A stretch of 35,114 bases of DNA from Nitrosopumilaceae archaeon (GTDB taxonomy: Archaea > Thermoproteota > Nitrososphaeria > Nitrososphaerales > Nitrosopumilaceae), in assembly GCA_035288445.1 (NCBI GenBank), contig DATEAJ010000065.1, positions 1 through 35,114 on the forward strand, written 5' to 3'. Positions 8,877 through 17,199 of this stretch are shown here, one piece after another (position 1 is the stretch's first letter; each line of letters begins with the position of its first letter). Under the pieces are notes generated by a model, which saw only the letters and a list, made by a program, of their open reading frames with translations, ran no database searches and had not been told where the DNA came from. Both the position numbers and the translations under genes were made by a program.

Positions 8877-8978
8877 ATGATGGAACATGACAAATCCGCT
8901 AATTTCATTAGAAATGAATTAGATAATATCAAAGATCATAAAGTTGAGCTTCATGGGGCTGTGTTGCATGTCATTTGA
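8877..8978 (+). CDS. possible 33-aa micro-ORF, or the 5' part of the next gene
   Basis: The ORF reads ATG ATG GAA ... ATT TGA (MMEHDKSANFIRNELDNIKDHKVELHGAVLHVI). Its stop overlaps the TTG start of ORF 8975 (TTGA). GGAG lies 9-12 nt upstream. It is below the ORF-track length cut-off. Confidence 0.25.
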   Translation: MMEHDKSANFIRNELDNIKDHKVELHGAVLHVI

Positions 8979-9424
8979 TTTTCAGATTGAAAGAAAAACT
9001 TGAAAGTTCAGAACAAAATGCTGCTGATTTACTCTCTGAAGTTCTCACCAGTGACTTGATTCTTAACAGGGAATTTATTGATGTAGTAGAAAAAATCCAC
9101 ATGAGTGATAGGCATCTTGGTGAATCATTTGCATTAAGAGAAAGAAAATCAAAGGATAACTATCTTGAAGCTTATTTTTCAAACGTCTTAGATGAATTAA
9201 CTTCAGATCTTATCGCATCGTCACATCAAATAATACTTAGAAAATTACTTTTAAGCTATCTGGCACTATATCTTGCTCAAACCATCGGTGTAGATTACCA
9301 TGCGGCAACTGAGGAACTATACTACCTTCTAAGAAAAGATGACAGTAAAAACTCCAAGATAAGTCAACTTGTTGCAAAATTTGAATCAAAAATCAAAACA
9401 TATGCAGGGTCCGAAAGTCGTTAA
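8975..9424 (+). CDS. hypothetical protein (helical)
   Basis: This is a 149-aa ORF with a TTG start. The first in-frame ATG comes only about 40 codons in. I recognise no motif. Confidence 0.5.
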   Translation: MIFRLKEKLESSEQNAADLLSEVLTSDLILNREFIDVVEKIHMSDRHLGESFALRERKSKDNYLEAYFSNVLDELTSDLIASSHQIILRKLLLSYLALYLAQTIGVDYHAATEELYYLLRKDDSKNSKISQLVAKFESKIKTYAGSESR

Positions 9425-9449
9425 TAGTGTCCTAGGATTTGAAAAAACA

Positions 9450-9770
9450 ATGAAAATTGAATTTGATACAAATGAATACATCAAAAATATTGCAAAAAGC
9501 GGTTCATATTATCATACTTTTATCAACAGGGAAAATCTCGCAGCTGGAGTTTTAAGATTAGAGCAAGGTGAGAAAGACACCCAAACTCCTCATGAGAGCG
9601 ATGAAATTTATTATGTTATACGTGGAGATGGTTTTCTCAATATATCGGGAAAGGATTATCCAATTTCAGAAGCAAAAGCGTATTTTGTTGGTAAAAACAT
9701 AGAACACAAATTTCATGGTAATAAAAAGGAACTTGTAGTCTTGTATTTTTTTGGTGGTCCTGACTCTTAA
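9450..9770 (+). CDS. cupin-domain protein
   Basis: The sequence has a cupin beta-barrel pattern (HESDEIYYVIRGDG ... VGKNIEHKF). I chose the ATG at 9450 because it clears the end of the upstream gene; the ORF track starts at the TTG at 9369. Confidence 0.65.
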   Translation: MKIEFDTNEYIKNIAKSGSYYHTFINRENLAAGVLRLEQGEKDTQTPHESDEIYYVIRGDGFLNISGKDYPISEAKAYFVGKNIEHKFHGNKKELVVLYFFGGPDS

Positions 9771-10384
9771 GAAATTCTTGTCTTTCTACCTACTATTTTG
9801 ATTCTTCCTTGCGCGAACAGTTTTACAGCTTCGGCATAAATCATGTGTTCTTTTGCAAGAATTCTTTTTGATAATGCTTCTTCTGTATCATCATCTTTTA
9901 CTTTGACTACTGCTTGTAGAATAATTGGACCGGTGTCAACTCCTTCATCAACAAAATGAACTGTACATCCAGAATATCTCACACCATGATCAAGTGCCTG
10001 TTTTTGTGAATGCAGTCCAGTAAATGAAGGTAAAATTGCAGGATGGATGTTCATGATTTTGCCTTTGAAATGTCTGATAAACTCAGGACTCATTATTCGC
10101 ATGAATCCTGCAAGACAGATCAGTCCATTTTTTGGTGTCACGTTGTATTTTTCTAGTGTTGATATAATCTTTTTATCATAATCCCAACTGCCACCCTTGA
10201 TTCCCTGTGATTCTATTACTTGGGTTTTAACACCAAGTTTTTTTGCGATATTGAGTCCTTTTGCATTAACATTATTTGAAATAACTATTTCCGGTGAAAT
10301 TGGGATCTTGTTCTTTTTGATTGATTTTAAAATATATTCCATATTACTTCCTCGTCCTGAAATTAGTATGGCAAGATTGATCAA
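9767..10384 (-). CDS. purN: phosphoribosylglycinamide formyltransferase
   Basis: The 205-aa ORF has the motifs LISGRGSNM, NIHPAILPSFTGLH and GCTVHFVDEGVDTGPII. Confidence 0.92.
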   Translation of the reverse strand: MINLAILISGRGSNMEYILKSIKKNKIPISPEIVISNNVNAKGLNIAKKLGVKTQVIESQGIKGGSWDYDKKIISTLEKYNVTPKNGLICLAGFMRIMSPEFIRHFKGKIMNIHPAILPSFTGLHSQKQALDHGVRYSGCTVHFVDEGVDTGPIILQAVVKVKDDDTEEALSKRILAKEHMIYAEAVKLFAQGRIKIVGRKTRIS

Positions 10385-10543
10385 CTATAAAAAATTAATT
10401 TTGCATTCAAATAAAGTGTGTGGTGTTGATAATTTTTCAAAACTAGCGACTAGAAAGTACCAATGATCAAATATTTGGGATAAAACACATTATGGATGAA
10501 AAAATTGCAGATTTTTACTTTATGAGACATAAATTATGATAAG

Positions 10544-10554
10544 TTTTTTAATAA
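10544..10554 (+). promoter_or_regulatory. TATA-box-like element for the 10573 operon
   Basis: The element ttttttaataa is centred about 24 nt upstream of the ATG at 10573. Confidence 0.4.
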
Positions 10555-10572
10555 CAAATGATGTTTTAATGT

Positions 10573-10860
10573 ATGGATGCTATAGATGAGCAAATTAAGA
10601 AGGCACTAATTGCAATAACCATTGAAAGAGTTCTTCTCGAAATGGGAAAACCAGTTCTTGATGCATTTACTAAAAAACTATACAAGAATTACAATTGTTA
10701 CATTCCTGACTGTAGTGATCACCCTGAATATCTCATTCAAGTACTAAAAGAAATGTATGGGAATTCTTACAAGACCATTGTTTCTGCTATAATGGGTGAT
10801 CTAGCAGAATTTTCTCATCAAAAATTTATTGCAAATTTTATTAAAATCATTAGTAACTGA
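10573..10860 (+). CDS. small helical protein, lineage-specific (unknown function)
   Basis: This is a 95-aa ORF with a TATA-like box about 24 nt upstream. Its stop lies 1 nt before the start of the next gene. It resembles the N-terminal region of the regulator at 15471. Confidence 0.6.
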   Translation: MDAIDEQIKKALIAITIERVLLEMGKPVLDAFTKKLYKNYNCYIPDCSDHPEYLIQVLKEMYGNSYKTIVSAIMGDLAEFSHQKFIANFIKIISN

Positions 10861-10861
10861 T

Positions 10862-11668
10862 ATGCAAACACTTTTAGAAAAAATTAACACATACAAATTT
10901 CTATTATTATCTATACTAGCAACAGGTTTCATAATGTTTCTTGCAAATTTGCTTGCTGATGAAACTAGAACACTCATTACAGATTTGTTGTTTATACCTG
11001 TACCAGGAGCATTGTTAATTTTGTCAATAATCATAGCTTTAAGATTCCGTGGTTCTGGTAAACATGGAAAAGCTTGGATCATATTTACGATATTTGTGAT
11101 TTCATGGTTTACCGCAGAACAGATCTGGTTGGTCTATGAATTAATATATGAAATAGATCCATGGCCCTCTGTTGCTGATCTTTTCTACCTTTCCGGCTAT
11201 CCATTTTTATTTGCATTTTCTATACTTTATTTACTGCCGGTAAGAAAGGCAATTTCAAAAAATCTTGTAATTGCTTCATTATTGATAACTAGTGCCTTAT
11301 TGATACCAACTTTTACTCTGGTGTATCAAACTAATTCATCAGAAAATGATTTTGAGGTTGCATTGGCAGCAAGCTATCCTGTATTGGACGCAATAGTCTT
11401 ATGCCCTGCATTGATAGGAGTTTCATTATTTTTCAAAGGGAAAGTGAATTTTTTGTGGTCACTTGTCTGTATCGCCATGGTGCTAAATGTAATTGCTGAT
11501 GCTGGTTTTCTAATGTTAAGTATGAATGATTCGTATTACACGGGGCATCCAATAGATTTACTTTATCTGTGGGCATACATTCTCTTTGCATTTGGTGTGT
11601 ACAGTCACATTAGAATATTTCATAGTCGTATCGACGAACCTTACGAAGATGTAAATGCACTCAGATAA
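10862..11668 (+). CDS. multi-pass membrane protein (paralogue of 14011..14784)
   Basis: The protein has about 7 hydrophobic segments and the conserved block EIDPWPSVADLFYLSGYP. I chose the ATG at 10862, 1 nt after the upstream stop; the ORF track starts at 10829. Confidence 0.65.
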   Translation: MQTLLEKINTYKFLLLSILATGFIMFLANLLADETRTLITDLLFIPVPGALLILSIIIALRFRGSGKHGKAWIIFTIFVISWFTAEQIWLVYELIYEIDPWPSVADLFYLSGYPFLFAFSILYLLPVRKAISKNLVIASLLITSALLIPTFTLVYQTNSSENDFEVALAASYPVLDAIVLCPALIGVSLFFKGKVNFLWSLVCIAMVLNVIADAGFLMLSMNDSYYTGHPIDLLYLWAYILFAFGVYSHIRIFHSRIDEPYEDVNALR

Positions 11669-12224
11669 TATTTTTAATTTGAGAATTTTTGTATCTAACT
11701 TCTCTTAATATAGAATACGAAGTTTTCTGAGACTCTAGCGGCAAAATCATTTTTGTGTGACCTGCAAATATCTCAATTTTTTCCATAACCTCATTAAACT
11801 GTTTATCGTTTTCTAAGAATTGCAAATATTCTTCAGTCCAAGTCCAATCACTTTCAACATTACAGGAATATACTATCCAATGATATTCTCCATCTACGAA
11901 AAGAATATCAAATGGATATGCCCTGCAATCAAAGGGTCTTTTTTCATATATTGAACACAATCTCTTACTCTCATCCCAAAATACACAATTGTTTGAGTCA
12001 TTTTTTTTCTTGATTGCTTTGATCTTCTTTCCATTTACTGTGACTTCTTTTAAGAATTCATTACTTGCCTTTCCAACAGACTCCAAATCTTTAAAATCAT
12101 ATGAAAAAACTAACGGAACAGCAGAATTGGTACAACACCCTGAATGTTTACAACTGTTGCACAGTGTGTTAAAACTGATCACGCTTAAATTTATCTCCCA
12201 AGTCACATATAGCCGTTTTATCAT
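11661..12224 (-). CDS. YkgJ/UPF0153-type cysteine-cluster (CxxCxxCC) protein
   Basis: The 187-aa ORF has CNSCKHSGCC near the N-terminus and a later CSIYEKRPFDCRAYP block, both typical of the family. The start is uncertain because it overlaps the 3' end of the EamA gene. Confidence 0.6.
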   Translation of the reverse strand: MIKRLYVTWEINLSVISFNTLCNSCKHSGCCTNSAVPLVFSYDFKDLESVGKASNEFLKEVTVNGKKIKAIKKKNDSNNCVFWDESKRLCSIYEKRPFDCRAYPFDILFVDGEYHWIVYSCNVESDWTWTEEYLQFLENDKQFNEVMEKIEIFAGHTKMILPLESQKTSYSILREVRYKNSQIKNII

Positions 12225-13161
12225 TGCCTAACCTATTCCTAAGAAAATACATTCCTCCTAAAACAAGAGCTATTGAAAGAACACTCTGCAACGTAATTAC
12301 CTCATGTAAAAGTATTGCCGCAAAAACCATTCCAAAAACAGATGTGGACGAATATAGTAAGATAGTTCTAACTGCGCCGATTGATCTTAACGCCATGATG
12401 AAAAAATATGTTGATAATCCTGTACCGAAAATTCCTACTACTGCAATATTTGGAATATGTGACGCACTAATATTAAAAGGAATTTGAAAAGCTAAAATTA
12501 ATAATAATGCAAATCCACCTCCTGCAAATGATGTTATCTGTGTAATTTTTTTGGCATTAATCATGCCGCTCATATGTTTACACATGTTGATATCAATAGC
12601 ATAAAGCAATCCAGCTAACAGAATTAGTAAATCCCCAAAAACTAAATTTGTTAGGTTCATTTCATGTTGATACAGATCATATCCTATAGGTAAAAGACTT
12701 GCACCAATTATGATCATTAAAAAATAAGGAAGTTCTTTTTTACCCAGTTTTTCTTTAAAAATTATAAGTGCAATTAAAATAGAAAAAATTATTTCACCAT
12801 TAGTAAGAATTGACGCATTAACAGCGGTGGATTCTTTCAACCCAAAAAAGTATGTACTGATCGCCAAAACTTCAATAACTCCAATTATTCCTAAAAGAAA
12901 ATAATTCTTTTTTCCTATTTTTTTTACTGACTCACCATTTTTTCGAATTGGCGTAAAAAACATGCCATTAATAATGAAAATAATGGCTGCAAAGGTTAAG
13001 GGATTTATTTCAACAGTATTTACATTTGAATATTCAAGTATTGGCTTAGATACTGAATGAATAAGACCAGCTAATGCTGCTGAGACAATTACAAATGCAT
13101 ATCCCAAACGTGTGGATGGATGTGAGACTTTCTGGAAAATAGAAAATTTGAATGGTATCAA
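12169..13161 (-). CDS. EamA/DMT-family transporter
   Basis: The 330-aa ORF has about 10 hydrophobic helices in two similar halves, which is the drug/metabolite transporter architecture. Confidence 0.75.
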   Translation of the reverse strand: MIPFKFSIFQKVSHPSTRLGYAFVIVSAALAGLIHSVSKPILEYSNVNTVEINPLTFAAIIFIINGMFFTPIRKNGESVKKIGKKNYFLLGIIGVIEVLAISTYFFGLKESTAVNASILTNGEIIFSILIALIIFKEKLGKKELPYFLMIIIGASLLPIGYDLYQHEMNLTNLVFGDLLILLAGLLYAIDINMCKHMSGMINAKKITQITSFAGGGFALLLILAFQIPFNISASHIPNIAVVGIFGTGLSTYFFIMALRSIGAVRTILLYSSTSVFGMVFAAILLHEVITLQSVLSIALVLGGMYFLRNRLGNDKTAICDLGDKFKRDQF

Positions 13162-13411
13162 TATTTGTCATAATAAAAGTGATGGAAAGATGTTAATAAT
13201 CCAAGATTGAATCCAATTTGACCATTGATTAAAACTTTACTACCGCTATGATCAAATCAAAATGTCTCTTACAGTCGTTTCTAAATGCTTCAAGAACAGT
13301 TTCTGTGGTATTTGAATCCGGTAATGGCCTACAATCTTATTCTGAGATAAAGAGTATGGCAAAACTCAATTTTATTTAACTAGGTCTTTTAATTCCATTT
13401 TTGTTTTAGAT

Positions 13412-13918
13412 TTGGTGATGAGTAGGCACGTGCTGGATGAACAGGATATACGAAAACTCCCTCCAAGAGAACGCCTAGATAAGTGTAGTTCTATGTTGAA
13501 AAATTCAAACGATGAATCATTACGTTGGGATGCAGTATGGCTTGCAGGTGAGATAGCAGAGACTTCAGATCCGAACGATCCTATATTTAATGAAGTTGCA
13601 GATCTTATGGTTTGGGTATTGGAAAATGATGACAATGGTGTGGTAAAACATGAAGCCGCGTTTCAGATTGCGGCAAGGAACATGAGGAAAAAGATACCTG
13701 ATTTGGTCAATTCAGTTTTGAATGACCAGAGTGGACTTGTACAGCATGAAGCGCTTGAAGCACTAGGATTAATGCGTGCATTTGAGGCAGAAGAAATGAT
13801 AGCCAAAGCTGTATCAGATCTAAACACTGATGTAAGTCAAACAGCCACTTTTGTACTAAAAAGATTTTCCAGGCTTAAGGGCGTGAAAACGGAATACACA
13901 TCCTATAACATATTGTAA
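13412..13918 (+). CDS. HEAT-repeat protein
   Basis: The 168-aa ORF has repeated helical units (LRWDAVWLAGEI, VKHEAAFQIA, VQHEALEALGLM) like PBS-lyase HEAT repeats. TTG (13412), GTG (13415) and ATG (13418) are all possible starts. Confidence 0.6.
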   Translation: MVMSRHVLDEQDIRKLPPRERLDKCSSMLKNSNDESLRWDAVWLAGEIAETSDPNDPIFNEVADLMVWVLENDDNGVVKHEAAFQIAARNMRKKIPDLVNSVLNDQSGLVQHEALEALGLMRAFEAEEMIAKAVSDLNTDVSQTATFVLKRFSRLKGVKTEYTSYNIL

Positions 13919-14010
13919 GATAAGACGGAATTGATTGAAAATATATTAGATCTGTATGTCAGATTTAATAGTTACAAGTATTTTCATATGATGACATTAA
14001 TTTTATAACA

Positions 14011-14784
14011 ATGGAGCCACAGAAGGTACCAGAGCGGTTAACTACATCGATAAACTACAAAGTCCTTTTACTAGTTCTTGGACTTGTTGTAGGTCTTCAA
14101 ATATATCTTTCATTTGCTACGGAAGAAAATGCTGATCAGGTAATTACAGTAGTTTCAGTGATCAACCCATTAATTGCTTCTGCGGCTGGATTTTATGTAG
14201 CAAAAAAATATCGAAATTCCGAAGTTTTTGGCAAATCATACTTTGTTTTAGCCTTAGGATTGTTAAGCTTCGCTCTTGGGGAGCTGACTTATGTATATTA
14301 TGAGTTTGTCCTTAATGAAGATCCATATCCTTCAATTGCAGATGTCTTCTTTTTTGGATTTTATCCATTGGCATTTTATCATATTACTAAAAATGTTAAG
14401 TTTTTCAAAGCAAAGATTGACATCAAAACAAAAATTCTAGTCGTGATACTGCCAATTTCAATAATTGGGCTGTATTCTTATCTTTCTTTTCAGCAGATTG
14501 GTGAAGCAAACTTTGATTACTATTACGGCTTAATCTTTATCTCAGCTTCATCAATAGTACTTGCAGCTGCGATTCTAGGCGCACGAGTTTTTCGTCAAGG
14601 GCTTCTTGGGGTTGCCTGGCTTGTACTAGTCATTGGAATTTTGCTTACAACGGTCGGGGATATATGGTATTATTATTTGGAAACTTTTGAACAATATACG
14701 CTGATTCATCCAGTTAACTTGTTTTGGTATGCAAGTTATTGGGTTATCACATATGCATTGTACAAACATCAAAACATAATTTGA
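14011..14784 (+). CDS. multi-pass membrane protein (paralogue of 10862..11668)
   Basis: The 257-aa ORF shares the blocks NEDPYPSIADVFFFGFYP and HPVNLFWYASY with the 10862 protein. Confidence 0.65.
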   Translation: MEPQKVPERLTTSINYKVLLLVLGLVVGLQIYLSFATEENADQVITVVSVINPLIASAAGFYVAKKYRNSEVFGKSYFVLALGLLSFALGELTYVYYEFVLNEDPYPSIADVFFFGFYPLAFYHITKNVKFFKAKIDIKTKILVVILPISIIGLYSYLSFQQIGEANFDYYYGLIFISASSIVLAAAILGARVFRQGLLGVAWLVLVIGILLTTVGDIWYYYLETFEQYTLIHPVNLFWYASYWVITYALYKHQNII

Positions 14785-14790
14785 TTACTG

Positions 14791-14830
14791 TTTTTATCTT
14801 ATAGATTTCAGTCACTGTCTGTTCTTTTTT
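14791..14830 (+). terminator. oligo-T terminator candidates after the membrane-protein gene
   Basis: A T5 run at 14791-14795 and a T6 run at 14825-14830 follow the TGA at 14782-14784. Confidence 0.3.
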
Positions 14831-14850
14831 AATACTGACTGGCTTTTATA

Positions 14851-15255
14851 GTGTACAAAACGGTGAGCCATAATGGCTTGAAAAAAACTTTACTTGTAGA
14901 TGTATCACCCGTAATAATTATAGCTATATCCTTTTGTGTTACTGGCATAGGAATGGTTGGGTATCTATATTATTCAGATTATGTAGAACAGCACACTACA
15001 AAAGATGGAAACATATCAACAAAATTTGCCACTCCAAAAGATGTAACGGTGTATGAGGTAACAAACAAAGACATCTCACCTAATACTATGATTCTCCCAT
15101 CCCAAATACCAATAATGGATGATTATAGTGATAAGAAAAACAATATTCTCTCATTAGATGATGTTTTCAGTATATTGTGGATACCATTGCTCATAATTGG
15201 CAGTTACATTTTGGTTCACAGTGATAAGGGTATTGTATCAAGGGTGAGAGTTTAG
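14851..15255 (+). CDS. hypothetical membrane protein
   Basis: This is a 134-aa ORF with a GTG start and two hydrophobic segments. The start is uncertain because a TATA-like cttttata directly abuts the GTG. Confidence 0.45.
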   Translation: MYKTVSHNGLKKTLLVDVSPVIIIAISFCVTGIGMVGYLYYSDYVEQHTTKDGNISTKFATPKDVTVYEVTNKDISPNTMILPSQIPIMDDYSDKKNNILSLDDVFSILWIPLLIIGSYILVHSDKGIVSRVRV

Positions 15256-15369
15256 ATGTTTATTGCGATGGAATGTAAAGAACGTGAACATAGTGGATGT
15301 ATGACAATACCATGTGATTGTCCATGTCACAAAATGAAACCATTTTACGAAGAAAAAATTTTAAACTAA
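15256..15369 (+). CDS. Cys-rich 37-aa micro-protein (putative metal-binding)
   Basis: The ATG immediately follows the TAG of the upstream gene. The translation is MFIAMECKEREHSGCMTIPCDCPCHKMKPFYEEKILN, with 5 Cys and 2 His in 19 residues. It is below the ORF-track cut-off. Confidence 0.35.
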   Translation: MFIAMECKEREHSGCMTIPCDCPCHKMKPFYEEKILN

Positions 15370-15470
15370 TTCTAACTTCTATTTGATTTTGTTAATATGC
15401 AGTATATCGGAATGTATTTTTAATTTGTGACATACTGGTGCATATTATCCGGGCTATGAGATAACATGTC

Positions 15471-16085
15471 ATGATGTTAGGAGTAGATAGCCTGATTGCC
15501 AGATCACTGCATAGTGTTATACAAGTTAACCTTAGTGCGCAAACCATAAAAAAACTAGATAATAGATTAGTTGAAAAATATGGTATAACACTAAGCCAGG
15601 CTGTTGGAGACTTTCAAAAACTAGATGATGTTTTAAGAGAGTTTTTTGGGGAAGGTGCAGTTGGCATAGAACGAAAGATCTTTGAAAGCATTTGCACTGT
15701 ATCAAAGGCAAAGAACACTGATGAAGAATGGATGACCATACGGGATTCAAACATAGCAAAGACTGTTCTTGAAGCATTTGGAGACGAAGATAAAAAGAAG
15801 ATCATGAGTGTATTGATGAACGAGCCACACATCGTTTCTGAGGTTTTAAGTATGTGTAATTTGCCACAAACTTCTGGTTATAGGAAAATCAACAGTATGA
15901 TATCTGATGGATTATTGACAGTGGAAGGTTATATTACAACAAGTGATGGAAAAAAAGTAAACAAATACATCTCAATTTTTGAGAATATAAAAATCGATAT
16001 AGTCAAGAACAATGTTACTGTGAAAGTTAAGCTGAAAAATGATTCTGTAAAAAACAGCTTATTGATCCCGTTGATAAGAAACTAA
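15471..16085 (+). CDS. winged-helix (ArsR/TrmB-like) transcriptional regulator with an N-terminal helical domain
   Basis: The 204-aa ORF has a C-terminal HTH-like segment (KKKIMSVLMNEPHIVSEVLSMCNLPQTSGYRKINSMISDGLL) followed by a beta wing. The N-terminal 80 aa resemble the protein at 10573. Confidence 0.6.
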   Translation: MMLGVDSLIARSLHSVIQVNLSAQTIKKLDNRLVEKYGITLSQAVGDFQKLDDVLREFFGEGAVGIERKIFESICTVSKAKNTDEEWMTIRDSNIAKTVLEAFGDEDKKKIMSVLMNEPHIVSEVLSMCNLPQTSGYRKINSMISDGLLTVEGYITTSDGKKVNKYISIFENIKIDIVKNNVTVKVKLKNDSVKNSLLIPLIRN

Positions 16086-16191
16086 GACTTTTTGATACTA
16101 CTGACATACAACAAATAGAACCAAATGAGAAATTATTTTTCTATTAGCTAAGAATCGTTCAATCTAGAAACTTATATTCTATCTGTCTGTT

Positions 16192-17187
16192 GTGATTTCT
16201 GATTTGACAACAAGTGTTAGGATGACAACTAGAGGAATTGTCGTAAAACAAAATGAAACGCAAGTTCATCTTGATCCAATGCGTGCCGTAAGTAAAGGCA
16301 TCTCATTTGTTTCTCATGCTCATATGGATCACTTGCATAACCAAAATGGAGGTCTTCTTTTGACTACCAAACTGACAAGTGAGATAGCTAAAATTCGTGG
16401 ATATTCTATAGATAATTTTGTCGAAGAATTTGAGAATTTTTCAATGATCGACGCAGGCCACATCTTAGGTGCACGCGGTCTATTGTTCGGTGATGATATA
16501 TTTTATACAGGAGACATTTGCACACGCGAAAGAGGGTTTCTAAAAGGAGCAAAAGTACCAAAATGCAAGACTCTCATCACAGAATGTACATTTGGCAGAC
16601 CAGAGTTCATTTTTCCAAGAATAGACGAGACTGTAAAAAAAGTAAATGGTATCATATCTGAGATGTACTCAAAGGGAATCCCAGTAATTTTGCACGGATA
16701 TGAACTTGGAAAGGCGCAAACACTTTCTTACCTGTTTGGTCAATGGGATCCGCTCTACTATCATGATTCTGTTAAAAAAATAAACGATTTACATAGAATT
16801 TTTGGCATTGATCTAAAAGACGTAATAGGGCACACAGAAGCAGAAAAAAATGGATTACTTGACAAAAAACCATGGGTGATGATTGCTCCAAGTATGGGTG
16901 GTAAAAGTCACTTTGTAAATTATATGAAATCAAAATATGGTGCAATAACAATAGGATTTAGTGGTTGGGCTCAATCTACTCGGTACTCATTTGCAAGACA
17001 ACATGATTATTCCATTGTTCTCAGTGATCATTGTGATTATAATGAACTTATTGATCTTGTGAAAAAAGCGAAACCAGAAAAAGTTTACACGGTGCATGGA
17101 TTTGTAGACGAGTTTGCAAACGATCTAGCTAAAATAGGATTTGATGCGCAGCCATTACGTGAAGCGTCACTTGACGATTATTTCTAA
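16192..17187 (+). CDS. MBL-fold beta-CASP-type nuclease (ligase-associated exonuclease-like)
   Basis: The 331-aa ORF has an HxHxDH motif (SHAHMDHL) and a C-terminal SDHCDYNELIDLV...VYTVHG block like beta-CASP motifs B/C. An alternative ATG start is at 16222. Confidence 0.7.
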   Translation: MISDLTTSVRMTTRGIVVKQNETQVHLDPMRAVSKGISFVSHAHMDHLHNQNGGLLLTTKLTSEIAKIRGYSIDNFVEEFENFSMIDAGHILGARGLLFGDDIFYTGDICTRERGFLKGAKVPKCKTLITECTFGRPEFIFPRIDETVKKVNGIISEMYSKGIPVILHGYELGKAQTLSYLFGQWDPLYYHDSVKKINDLHRIFGIDLKDVIGHTEAEKNGLLDKKPWVMIAPSMGGKSHFVNYMKSKYGAITIGFSGWAQSTRYSFARQHDYSIVLSDHCDYNELIDLVKKAKPEKVYTVHGFVDEFANDLAKIGFDAQPLREASLDDYF

Positions 17188-17199
17188 TTTGTATAAATT

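Noticed and set aside
13246-13377. A 43-aa ATG ORF lies in the 250-nt divergent spacer between the EamA and HEAT-repeat genes.
   Set aside because: It has no motif, no coupling signal and no compositional support. The spacer is adequately explained by two divergent promoters.
14809-14841. An inverted repeat, cagtca...tgactg, lies after the membrane-protein gene.
   Set aside because: It has only 6 bp and a 21-nt loop. The flanking oligo-T runs already account for termination.
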